A stretch of DNA of 64,000 nucleotides from Candidatus Margulisiibacteriota bacterium (lineage in GTDB: Bacteria > Margulisbacteria > Marinamargulisbacteria > JBFWNS01): contig JBFWNS010000007.1 of the NCBI GenBank assembly GCA_050250935.1, positions 63,569 through 127,568 on the forward strand, read 5' to 3'. The translations under genes and the position numbers were made by a program. Position 1 is the stretch's first letter. Each line of letters opens with the position of its first letter. The notes under the pieces were generated by a model. The model did not search any database. It worked only from the letters and a program-made list of their open reading frames with translations, and had not been told where the DNA came from. Below are positions 49,346 through 64,000 of the stretch, one piece after another.

Positions 49346-49881
49346 ATGAAGCGACTATTTATTGAGCAATCGATCACCTATGATGGCAGCCAGCTACGAC
49401 CCGGGTGGTTTGCAGACCGATATGGCGTACAAGGCGATGTGATCGCAGCTTTTTATGGTCCGGGTACGGTTCGCATTGGCACCGAAAAGCCTTTTGTGAG
49501 TTCCCAGCCCATGCTGCATTTTTTAATCGAGCATGCCCAGGTGAATCCCCGGGAGCTCATGCTGATGCAACGGACTTTGATGATGCAAATGTTGGCCTAT
49601 TTGGGCAAAGGATTTACCCGCAAACAAAATACCTTGTTTGTGTTGGACATGCCCGTTGGCTATAGCGAAATTCACTATACGCCGATTGCGTCTCTGATCC
49701 ACGTTTGCTATTTTCTGGAACCTCAGTTCGACCAAGGGTTGGCCGGGCTGACGTTTATGAACATCAACCACCGCGATTTTCTGTTTAAACTGTTCGAAGA
49801 CTATGGCCAGTCCATGCAAACTCTGCCGGCCATTGTTTCTGGACCCCACACATTTTCTGGATTTTCAACGAAAGCACTCCC

Positions 49882-49897
<16 letters not shown>
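49346..49897 (+). CDS. DUF366-like protein (divergent)
   Basis: ITYDGSQLRPGW....GVQGD.IAAF.G and MLHFLIEH resemble DUF366. Confidence 0.6.
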
Positions 49898-53595
<3,698 letters not shown>

Positions 53596-53602
<7 letters not shown>

Positions 53603-54471
53603 CGTTCAAAAATCCTTAGTTTGGCGCTTTTGGCTCTGGAATTGGCCCGAATTTCGTCCTGTGTGGCTTGGATGACGTGTTTGGTAAGGGGTTTAAATGC
53701 CGCCGAGTCCTTTACTCCATGTTTAATCAGCCGGTCTTCAAGAGAATGAAAGGTAATGATGGCGATCCGGGCGCCGGCGGGTAGGGTTTCCAAGGTCTTT
53801 AAAAAGGGCAATAAAATATCCAATTCGTGGTTTACAGCGATGCGCAGCGCCTGAAAAATTTGGGCAAAAATCCTTAGCATTTTGGGTCTGGAATCCCCGA
53901 ATTTAAAACAGGTTTTAATGGCGGCTTGAAGTTGGCTGGTGTGGGTCAGGCGTTCATATTTTCGGCAGGAAACAATGTGGTTGACGAAGGCTTCGGGTCT
54001 TGGCAATTCGCCGAAATCTTTGAACAGTTTGATCAGAACCTCGGCGGGTTCTTTGTTGAGTATGTCGGCTGCGGTTCGGCCTTTTTTGGGGTTCATGCGC
54101 ATGTCCAAGGGTTCGTCTTTTAAATAGCTAAACCCCCGACCTGCACTGTCGATGTGATAAGACGAAACCCCCAAATCCACCAACACTTTGGTGGGGTGAA
54201 AATCGGGGTGTTTGTTCAACACCGTGGCCAGGTCTACAAAATTGGCGGCTTCCAGGCAAACACGGGAATCATTTTTGAATTTTTCGGCACAAAAGGCCAA
54301 AGCAAAGGGGTCTTGATCGATGCCCAACAGCCGTCCATTGGGGCCGAGTTTTTGAAGGATTTCATGGCTGTGGCCACCGAAACCCATGGTGCCATCGACC
54401 ACATGGTCGTTGGGCTGAATATCGAGGCCTTCGAGGGTGGGTTCCAAGAGAACCGGAATGTGATGGGTCAT
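53596..54471 (-). CDS. rsmH: 16S rRNA C1402 N4-methyltransferase
   Basis: HIPVLL, DGTMGFGGHS, DLGVSS, PLDMRM, FQALRIAVN.EL, FHSLEDR, N.RAKSAKLR. Confidence 0.97.
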
Positions 54472-54552
54472 ACGAATCTTGTATCATAGCATTTCTTTTA
54501 TATAATGGGTGGGTTCTGTCGCCATTTTTGATGTTTTTTTAAGGAATACCCC

Positions 54553-58568
<4,016 letters not shown>

Positions 58569-58595
58569 GGCGCCACGAACTTAAAAAGGGGGTCT

Positions 58596-59249
58596 TTAAA
58601 CCGCAGCTTCGGTGTCTTCTTCGGAAGCGCTGCTGGCGGCCAAGGGGTTTAAAGACACAATATTGAGTGCCTGAGCCCCAAAAGACGAGAGCGACATGTT
58701 GGTGGTCGAGATGGCCTCTTCGTTGGCTTCGGTGTCGGCTTTAAGGGCTTGGGCCACTTCCAATAGTTGTTTTTTACTGGCCAAAAGGGCTTCCAAGTGG
58801 GCACGAACCTCGGCGGGAAGGTTGGGGTCATTCAGTTTGGCTTCGATATCGGCAATGTCGGATTCCAGTTCGGAAATGGCGGCATCGGTGTCGGCGCCAA
58901 GAGAAGCTGCGGGATCTTGGGCTTCGTCGCAATGCTCGTGGTTTTTGCCATGGTGAGGGCCATGGGGGTGTTTGATGGCTTTTAATTGAGCAAGGAGGTC
59001 GTCTTTTTGGGTGCCGGTGATTTTACCGTCGGCGGCGGCTTGGGTAATGATGGCTTCAATGCGTTTCATCAGGTTCATATGAGCGGCTGGCGAGGCGCTG
59101 GGGGCCCCATCCAATTTCGAGGTTGTAGCGGCAAAAACCGCTTCAAACGATACAGATGCCTCGGCTGATGCCGCCGCTGCAGGTGAAGCGCCAGAAGATG
59201 CAGCTGCCAAAGACGAAAGGCCACCGGACGAAATAGAAGAACCGTTCAT
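58596..59249 (-). CDS. Hypothetical Ala/Ser-rich coiled-coil protein
   Basis: AGGAGG RBS, low-complexity N-terminus, His-rich patch HPHGPHHGKNHEH. Confidence 0.78.
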   Translation of the reverse strand: MNGSSISSGGLSSLAAASSGASPAAAASAEASVSFEAVFAATTSKLDGAPSASPAAHMNLMKRIEAIITQAAADGKITGTQKDDLLAQLKAIKHPHGPHHGKNHEHCDEAQDPAASLGADTDAAISELESDIADIEAKLNDPNLPAEVRAHLEALLASKKQLLEVAQALKADTEANEEAISTTNMSLSSFGAQALNIVSLNPLAASSASEEDTEAAV

Positions 59250-59288
59250 GGGAAACCTCCTAAAAAATGTATGTCGTTACACTCGCTG

Positions 59289-59315
59289 CTATCGGCTTCT
59301 AGACCCCAAAACTTG
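59289..59315 (-). promoter_or_regulatory. Putative sigma28 (FliA)-type promoter
   Basis: CAAG-N15-GCCGATAG on the minus strand, 40 nt upstream of ATG 59249. Confidence 0.55.
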
Positions 59316-59358
59316 TAAAGATGTTCCAGCCTTTGTTTTTGTGGTTATAATGGAAACC

Positions 59359-59664
59359 ATGTCATCGTTCAATGTCTACACCGAAAAAGTCCTCTATTGG
59401 CTCTTGCACCACGACTATTCCAAAAACCATTGGATCACCGTGGCCACAGAGATTTTAGCCGAATCCGAAAACGATTTGGAAACCGCGATCCCACGGTTGG
59501 GATTTGCGATTCGCAATTTCCATTTAAAATTTCAAGATGCGGTGGTGAAGCCTGGAAACGTGTTGTACGACCTCATCGATGTGGCTTTTATTTCGGTGGA
59601 TTGGGATGCGGTTGCCAAGGCGTTTTACGAGCAGACAGGGTTGGCTGCTGGGCCTAGGGCTTAG
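59359..59664 (+). CDS. Hypothetical protein (about 101 aa)
   Basis: TATAAT 7 nt before ATG 59359. Protein-like composition (..VDWDAVAKAF). Confidence 0.65.
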   Translation: MSSFNVYTEKVLYWLLHHDYSKNHWITVATEILAESENDLETAIPRLGFAIRNFHLKFQDAVVKPGNVLYDLIDVAFISVDWDAVAKAFYEQTGLAAGPRA

Positions 59665-60022
59665 ACCCAATCATCTTGGCGATGGTGCGTTTTAGTTTTC
59701 GGTCTTCGGTAAAACTGCCATAAAAACAAGCGGTAGCCCCTGCGTGGGCAAGGCACTGTTCCCAGGCGCGGTCGAGGCGGCTCATCATGGCCAAAACGGG
59801 GATGTGGGGGTAAGTCAGGGCCAAAACTTTTAGGGCGGCGCCTTGGTGGGCGACAAACCGATCTTCCACAATCACCAACTGGGGTTCTTGGGCTTGGGTT
59901 TCCAAGTGATTGAGGGCCGATTCCAACGAGGCCGAATGGGCGGTTTGGTGTTGCGCCATCACCACCTGAATCATGCTGGCTACCACAGGACTTTTCGAAA
60001 CAACCAGAATACGATTTTCCAT
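59654..60022 (-). CDS. Atypical single-domain receiver-like protein
   Basis: AAGGAG RBS; RILVV..., PQLVIVE, YPHIPVLAM, AGATAC fit REC topology; acidic pocket degenerate. Confidence 0.65.
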   Translation of the reverse strand: MENRILVVSKSPVVASMIQVVMAQHQTAHSASLESALNHLETQAQEPQLVIVEDRFVAHQGAALKVLALTYPHIPVLAMMSRLDRAWEQCLAHAGATACFYGSFTEDRKLKRTIAKMIGSKP

Positions 60023-60035
60023 CTTAAGACTCCTT

Positions 60036-60158
60036 TTAATTTTCGCTAACGACATACCGGAATCGGTTTTGATCCAGCTGCATTTCAAACGCAACGGGTG
60101 GTTTTTGTGGCTCGATCATGCGAACCATCAAGGCCAGAAGCACCCAATTATCCTCCAT
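60036..60158 (-). CDS. Small ORF (40 aa) between the two receiver-like genes
   Basis: MEDNWVLLALMVRMIEPQKPPVAFEMQLDQNRFRYVVSEN*; GAAGGGGTG RBS; overlaps the upstream stop and ends at the next RBS. Confidence 0.55.
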   Translation of the reverse strand: MEDNWVLLALMVRMIEPQKPPVAFEMQLDQNRFRYVVSEN

Positions 60159-60525
60159 GAATCACCCCTTCCCTTTGGCAAAGAATATCGTCGAGGGTGT
60201 GTTGGATTTCGATGGCTGTCACGCTGGGTGGGAAGACGGCGCTTGCCCCCAGTCCGGCGGTGTTTCGTTCGATCAGATCGTTGCGGGCATAAATGAGGAT
60301 GGGAATGGTGGGGTAGTTTTGTTTAAGACTAAAAAAGGTGGAAACCCCCAGGCTGACCACATCGACCACCACCGCATCGATGGGACCGTCGTTTAAAAAC
60401 CAAGTGCCCCGGTTTAGGGTTTCTTCGGCAAAAACCCTGTAGTGTTCGACCAAGGAACAGAACACGGTTGGCAGTGGATTGGCCAGGACCAAGATAGTGG
60501 GTTTGGACGATAAATTTGGCTGCAT
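60148..60525 (-). CDS. Atypical single-domain receiver-like protein
   Basis: TILVL, IDAVVVD, YPTIPILIY, LGASAVF fit REC topology; lacks the DD pocket and the conserved Lys. Confidence 0.65.
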   Translation of the reverse strand: MQPNLSSKPTILVLANPLPTVFCSLVEHYRVFAEETLNRGTWFLNDGPIDAVVVDVVSLGVSTFFSLKQNYPTIPILIYARNDLIERNTAGLGASAVFPPSVTAIEIQHTLDDILCQREGVIHGG

Positions 60526-60600
60526 ACAACGGACCCCCTCGAAGCGAATGATGGCTCAAAAGCAACTCAAAACAATAATATTTAATTATCATTATAAATA

Positions 60601-60622
60601 ATATAGTTAAAAATAACTATAT
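60601..60622. promoter_or_regulatory. Palindromic candidate operator
   Basis: ATATAGTTA-AAAA-TAACTATAT in the AT-rich divergent intergenic region. Confidence 0.55.
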
Positions 60623-60689
60623 CGATAATTGAACAATATCAAACCTCTTGGCGGTTGTAAATAGTGGCGCAATAGGGAAAAATAGGGGC

Positions 60690-61334
60690 ATGGATTTCAA
60701 AGCCTTTATCAAAACCCTTCGAAAACAAAAGGGCATTACCATTCGCGAAATCTGTGTGGCCCTGGATATTTCACAGTCCACATTGCAGCGTCTCGAGGAT
60801 GGGCGCCTTACCGATCCCCACCCCAACACCCTTAAAAAATTGGCCGGGGTTTTGAACACCGACTATGCCCACCTGATGCGCCTTTGTGGCTATTTGGATG
60901 CCGCAGAATCCCCCAAAGTCGGGGTTCAGCAGGTGCCTTTTGTGCCCTGGGCCATGTTGCCGGGTTTGCACCATTTATCCACCGACGAGCTGGCCCATTT
61001 GTCCAAAGAAACCCTGCCGTCTTCGCTGAAGGTGTCGCCCCTCATCGCCCTGCGCCTGATCGAAAAACACTGGATGCCCACCTATGTTCCCGGTGATGTG
61101 GTGATTCTTCAACAGGGTCAAACCTATAAAGACAAAGACACCCTTCTGCTGTTGGCCAAGGTGTTGCCCGATCCCAAGCCGGCCCTGGCCACCTTTAAAC
61201 GGGTTCGGGTTTTTGGCGATGCAGCCTATTTGCTGCCCATGACTCCCCTCGAAGAAGGCCCCGATCTGCTGCTAACCCCAGCCTTGGAAGCGGGCATTGT
61301 GGGTCGGGTGGTGGAGTTGAGGCGGCGGGTTTAG
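60690..61334 (+). CDS. XRE-family HTH regulator with an S24 (LexA/CI-like) C-terminal domain
   Basis: LRKQKGITIRE...ISQSTLQRLEDG...P...TLKKLA; C-terminal WMP...PGDVV, ATFKR, IVGRVV. Confidence 0.85.
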   Translation: MDFKAFIKTLRKQKGITIREICVALDISQSTLQRLEDGRLTDPHPNTLKKLAGVLNTDYAHLMRLCGYLDAAESPKVGVQQVPFVPWAMLPGLHHLSTDELAHLSKETLPSSLKVSPLIALRLIEKHWMPTYVPGDVVILQQGQTYKDKDTLLLLAKVLPDPKPALATFKRVRVFGDAAYLLPMTPLEEGPDLLLTPALEAGIVGRVVELRRRV

Positions 61335-61340
61335 GGGGAC

Positions 61341-61427
61341 TTATCCTTGATTTAAGCCCTCGTTTGGGCGTTTTAATATTTCAGAGACCATTGCGACTCC
61401 TTGTTCTGTAAACGATGCGTTAAACCC
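61341..61427 (-). pseudogene. Remnant of an ORF6N-domain DNA-binding protein gene
   Basis: Translates as GFNASFTEQGVAMVSEILKRP..., matching the ORF6N hallmark FTEQGVAMLS.VL; no start or N-terminal part. Confidence 0.6.
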
Positions 61428-61697
61428 CTAGACTTCGTCGTAATGAGACCACATTCTGAGGATTTTGATTGTTTTTTCGGATGGGTAGAGCTGGTAAACC
61501 AATCGGTGTTGAATGTTGATGCGTCTTGAATAGGCTCCTGATAGGTCCCCCACGAGGGCTTTGAAGGGTGGGGCGTAAGGATCTTGGGCCAATCGTCTTA
61601 AAAGAGATTGGGCGTTGGGTTTCAAATGAGACGCCTCGATTTTTTTTGCGTCTTTGAGTGCTTGTTTGGTAAAAACAAGGGTCCAGGGTGTTACCAC
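61428..61697 (-). CDS. yoeB: Txe/YoeB family toxin
   Basis: LVFTKQA.KD, LVGDLSGAYSRRINIQHRLVY, MWSHY. Confidence 0.92.
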   Translation of the reverse strand: MVTPWTLVFTKQALKDAKKIEASHLKPNAQSLLRRLAQDPYAPPFKALVGDLSGAYSRRINIQHRLVYQLYPSEKTIKILRMWSHYDEV

Positions 61698-61924
61698 GGA
61701 CTTTGGGGGGAGCAAGCAGAAAGGGGTTCGGCCATCCCCTTTTTAATGGAATTTCGCATGCCGGGAATTTGTTCCAGATAGAGGGTTTCTTGGATGGCTT
61801 CCCAATCTTCTGATGAAATCAGAACGGCATTGCCGTTTTTGCTGGTAATTTCAATGGGTTGATGGTTTTCATTCACTTCGTGAATAAGGTTATAGAGGTG
61901 TTGTCTGGCTTTGGTAACGTTCAT
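61691..61924 (-). CDS. yefM: Phd/YefM family antitoxin
   Basis: NVTKAR..LY.LI..V...HQPI.IT.K.GNAVLIS.EDW.AIQETLYL. Confidence 0.93.
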   Translation of the reverse strand: MNVTKARQHLYNLIHEVNENHQPIEITSKNGNAVLISSEDWEAIQETLYLEQIPGMRNSIKKGMAEPLSACSPQSPW

Positions 61925-61930
61925 GGCTTT

Positions 61931-61959
61931 AGGGTAACGTACTGTATAGCGTACGTCAA
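61931..61959 (-). promoter_or_regulatory. yefM-yoeB promoter with overlapping palindromic operator
   Basis: TTGACG-17-TACCCT, 6 nt before the ATG; ACGTAC-N8-GTACGT (61937-61956) overlaps the promoter. Confidence 0.7.
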
Positions 61960-62031
61960 AATTTTTTCCGGGAAACCATGAGGGCTCTTAAATTTTTACT
62001 TCAATCTCTGTGTCTGTTAAGATGAGATTCT

Positions 62032-62610
62032 ATGGCAATGCCAACCCTTTATATTGTCGCGGGTGCTAATGGAAGTGGAAAGACCACTTTTGCTTTGCAA
62101 TTTATTAAGCGGCATCAATTGGTCTTTATTAATGCGGATGAGTTGGCAAAATTGATTAACCCAACGGATTTGGATAAAGCAAAAATTCAAGCGGGGCGAT
62201 TTTTTTTTAAAGAACTTGAAAAGTGTCTTCATCAGAAGAAATCTTTTTTAATTGAGTCGACATTATCAGGCCATTATTTGGTTAAAATATTGAGTAAGGC
62301 CAAGGATTTTGGCTATCAAATTCATATTCTTTATTTGTACTTGGATGATCCAGCTATCAATGTCCAGCGGGTTGCAGCCCGTGTATTGGCTGGCGGGCAT
62401 GCTGTTCCAAAGCCTGATATCTTGAGACGCTTCTACCGCAGTAAGCAGTTATTTTGGCATACTTATCGCGAAAAATGTGATCGTTGGGAGCTGTTTTATA
62501 ATGCGAATGAAAATTTGCAATTGGTTTCTGTAGGTACACAATCAGACTATGAAGTAATGGATGATCTTTTGATGCAATCTTTCTTAAAAGGAGTTCAAAA
62601 TGGTGGATAA
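62032..62610 (+). CDS. Zeta-toxin-like P-loop NTPase (COG4185-like)
   Basis: AGANGSGKTT, FINADE, ESTLSG, RVAARV..GGH.VP...I.RRF.RS. Confidence 0.85.
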   Translation: MAMPTLYIVAGANGSGKTTFALQFIKRHQLVFINADELAKLINPTDLDKAKIQAGRFFFKELEKCLHQKKSFLIESTLSGHYLVKILSKAKDFGYQIHILYLYLDDPAINVQRVAARVLAGGHAVPKPDILRRFYRSKQLFWHTYREKCDRWELFYNANENLQLVSVGTQSDYEVMDDLLMQSFLKGVQNGG

Positions 62611-62788
62611 AAAATTTATTCAGGAAGCTACGGAATTGCTTCGCATCGGGAATAAAGCGGTTAAGGAAGCACAATTGGAAAATCTTAAAAACGGGATTCC
62701 CAATGTCTATTCTCAAAATGGCAAGATTTATTATCAACTTCCAGATTTGAGTATTACTACCGAAAACCCGTTTGAATCTTCTAAATAA
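62600..62788 (+). CDS. Small partner protein of the P-loop NTPase
   Basis: AAGGAG RBS, overlaps the upstream stop; GNKAVKEAQ.EN...GIPNVYS.NG.I.Y pattern. Confidence 0.75.
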   Translation: MVDKKFIQEATELLRIGNKAVKEAQLENLKNGIPNVYSQNGKIYYQLPDLSITTENPFESSK

Positions 62789-62798
62789 AAAAGTTTCC

Positions 62799-64000
62799 CT
62801 ACACCCCCGGAAAATGCACCACAAAGGTTGTGCCGACCCCTTCTTCAGAGTCGATGTCGACCCGGCCGCCGTGGCGTTCGACGACCTCGTATAAAATCGA
62901 AAGGCCAAGCCCTGCGTTTCGGCCGCCCGTGACGCCTTTGGTGGTGAAAAAGGGATTGCGGAGTTTTTCCATGTTGTCTTGGGAAATCCCGCAGCCCGTG
63001 TCTTGAATACAAACCCGAACCCCCTGGATGCGGTCGCCAGACAAAGACAAAAAGTTGTCGTCGGCGGTGGAAACAGAGAGGGTGTGTTTTTTGGTTTTTA
63101 AATCCGATTGCATGGCCTCGACGGCGTTGTTCAACAAAATGCTAAAGACCTGAAAAATCCGGGTTTCCTCCCCCCAAATGCGGCGGGTGTGGGCGCTGTT
63201 GGTGGCACAAACGATGGGGTTGCCTTTTTGAGCAAGCAGGTTGGATTTGATCATTTGCAGGGCATCGGACAGGGGTGTTTGGATGTCGAGTTCGGATTTG
63301 GGAATGTTCACGACGCTGCGGATCAGGTCCAAGATGGTGGCTTCGTAAGGTTTGAAGGTGTCGGACAAGTCCAAACTGACCCCCGGAGCAAAGGGGTTGA
63401 AGGGCTGAATGGTGCCGCCATAGGGGTCTATGTATCGTTTTTGGTTGAGTTCCAGCCAAAGCGCTTCGGCCATTGTCTCGTCGAAGCCCGAGATTTTAAG
63501 GAAGAGGTTTTTGGAAATGCCGGTGGAGGCGCCGTATTGCATCATCGAAGTGGCGATGCGAACGACGCGGTCCGAAGAGGCCATGGTAAGGTTGAGGGCA
63601 TCGAGGACCATGCAGCGTTTAAAGGTCTCGGCAAAGCGGGTGGTCACGGCGTGGCTGAAGGGAGCCAGGTCGCCGGGCAGGTCAAACAACAGGGGTTCGT
63701 AGTAGGGGTTGATGTCGTCGTTGGCGAGATTGGGCTGGTTGTCGTCGTTCAAAAAGCCCTGGGTTTTGATCCAATCAAAAACCGCCGCTGAGGTTTGGGC
63801 AGAGCCCGTAATGGCCGAAAAGGAGTCTGGGGAGAGGGTCAGTTTCCAAGGATGTTTGTCCTGACCATCGACGCCCAACAATTTATCCCGCAAGAGCTGG
63901 GAATTGGAGCGAATGGCGGTTAAGGGATTGCGAATTTCGTGAGAAATGCCCATGGTCAACCCCGCCAACGAGGCGCGATGGGAAAGTTCCTTGGCCTTCA
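62799..64000 (-). CDS. Sensor histidine kinase with inserted repeats, 5' end outside the window
   Basis: GISHEIRNPL, ILLNNAVEA, DTGCG, NPFFTTK, NAGLGL, EGVGTTF; frame stays open to the window edge. Confidence 0.92.
   Translation of the reverse strand, partial: KAKELSHRASLAGLTMGISHEIRNPLTAIRSNSQLLRDKLLGVDGQDKHPWKLTLSPDSFSAITGSAQTSAAVFDWIKTQGFLNDDNQPNLANDDINPYYEPLLFDLPGDLAPFSHAVTTRFAETFKRCMVLDALNLTMASSDRVVRIATSMMQYGASTGISKNLFLKISGFDETMAEALWLELNQKRYIDPYGGTIQPFNPFAPGVSLDLSDTFKPYEATILDLIRSVVNIPKSELDIQTPLSDALQMIKSNLLAQKGNPIVCATNSAHTRRIWGEETRIFQVFSILLNNAVEAMQSDLKTKKHTLSVSTADDNFLSLSGDRIQGVRVCIQDTGCGISQDNMEKLRNPFFTTKGVTGGRNAGLGLSILYEVVERHGGRVDIDSEEGVGTTFVVHFPGV

Noticed and set aside
60690..61334. 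Calling this gene lexA
   Set aside because: The DNA-binding domain is XRE-type rather than LexA wHTH, and the catalytic Ser is missing.
60690..62788. Prophage immunity region
   Set aside because: A CI-like gene and an ORF6N scar are present, but no phage structural, replication or integrase genes.
63108..63791. 227-aa ORF on the plus strand
   Set aside because: Antisense to the histidine kinase, with no recognisable features.

Overview
Gene-dense bacterial chromosomal window of roughly 50% GC, made up mostly of housekeeping genes: corC-like/dgkA/ybeY/7TM-HD/miaA/tyrA/aroH/birA; cmoB; prmC-prfA-rpmE; groES-groEL with a perfect CIRCE; gltA; folC-radA-clpC; hom; clpB; amj-ligA; rsmH; aconitase-thiC; and tRNA-Pro(UGG), -Leu(UAA) and -Arg(CCU). 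The mix of Firmicutes-like gene order, AroH, CIRCE and Amj suggests a deep-branching Terrabacteria lineage such as Margulisbacteria (unverified inference). No CRISPR array, integrase, transposase or prophage was seen. The most unusual signals are: (1) a family of five covarying hairpins (TCG-stem-GAA-N5-TTC-stem-CTCCC) found only in the repeat clusters 3' of the three tRNA genes; (2) a 2730-aa doubly membrane-anchored propeller/LVIVD/cadherin-Ig protein next to a membrane J-domain protein, plus other orphan effector-like proteins; (3) prfA ending in UAG with prmC continuing in the same frame and no canonical start before its N-terminal domain; (4) several atypical signalling proteins (pseudo-kinase/kinase pair, duplicated REC unit, degenerate receivers opposite a probably non-cleavable XRE-S24 repressor, and a histidine kinase with a twice-inserted ~68-aa module); (5) many genes with a -10 box just before the ATG, suggesting leaderless mRNAs. 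All calls come from reading motifs by eye; no database searches were run.
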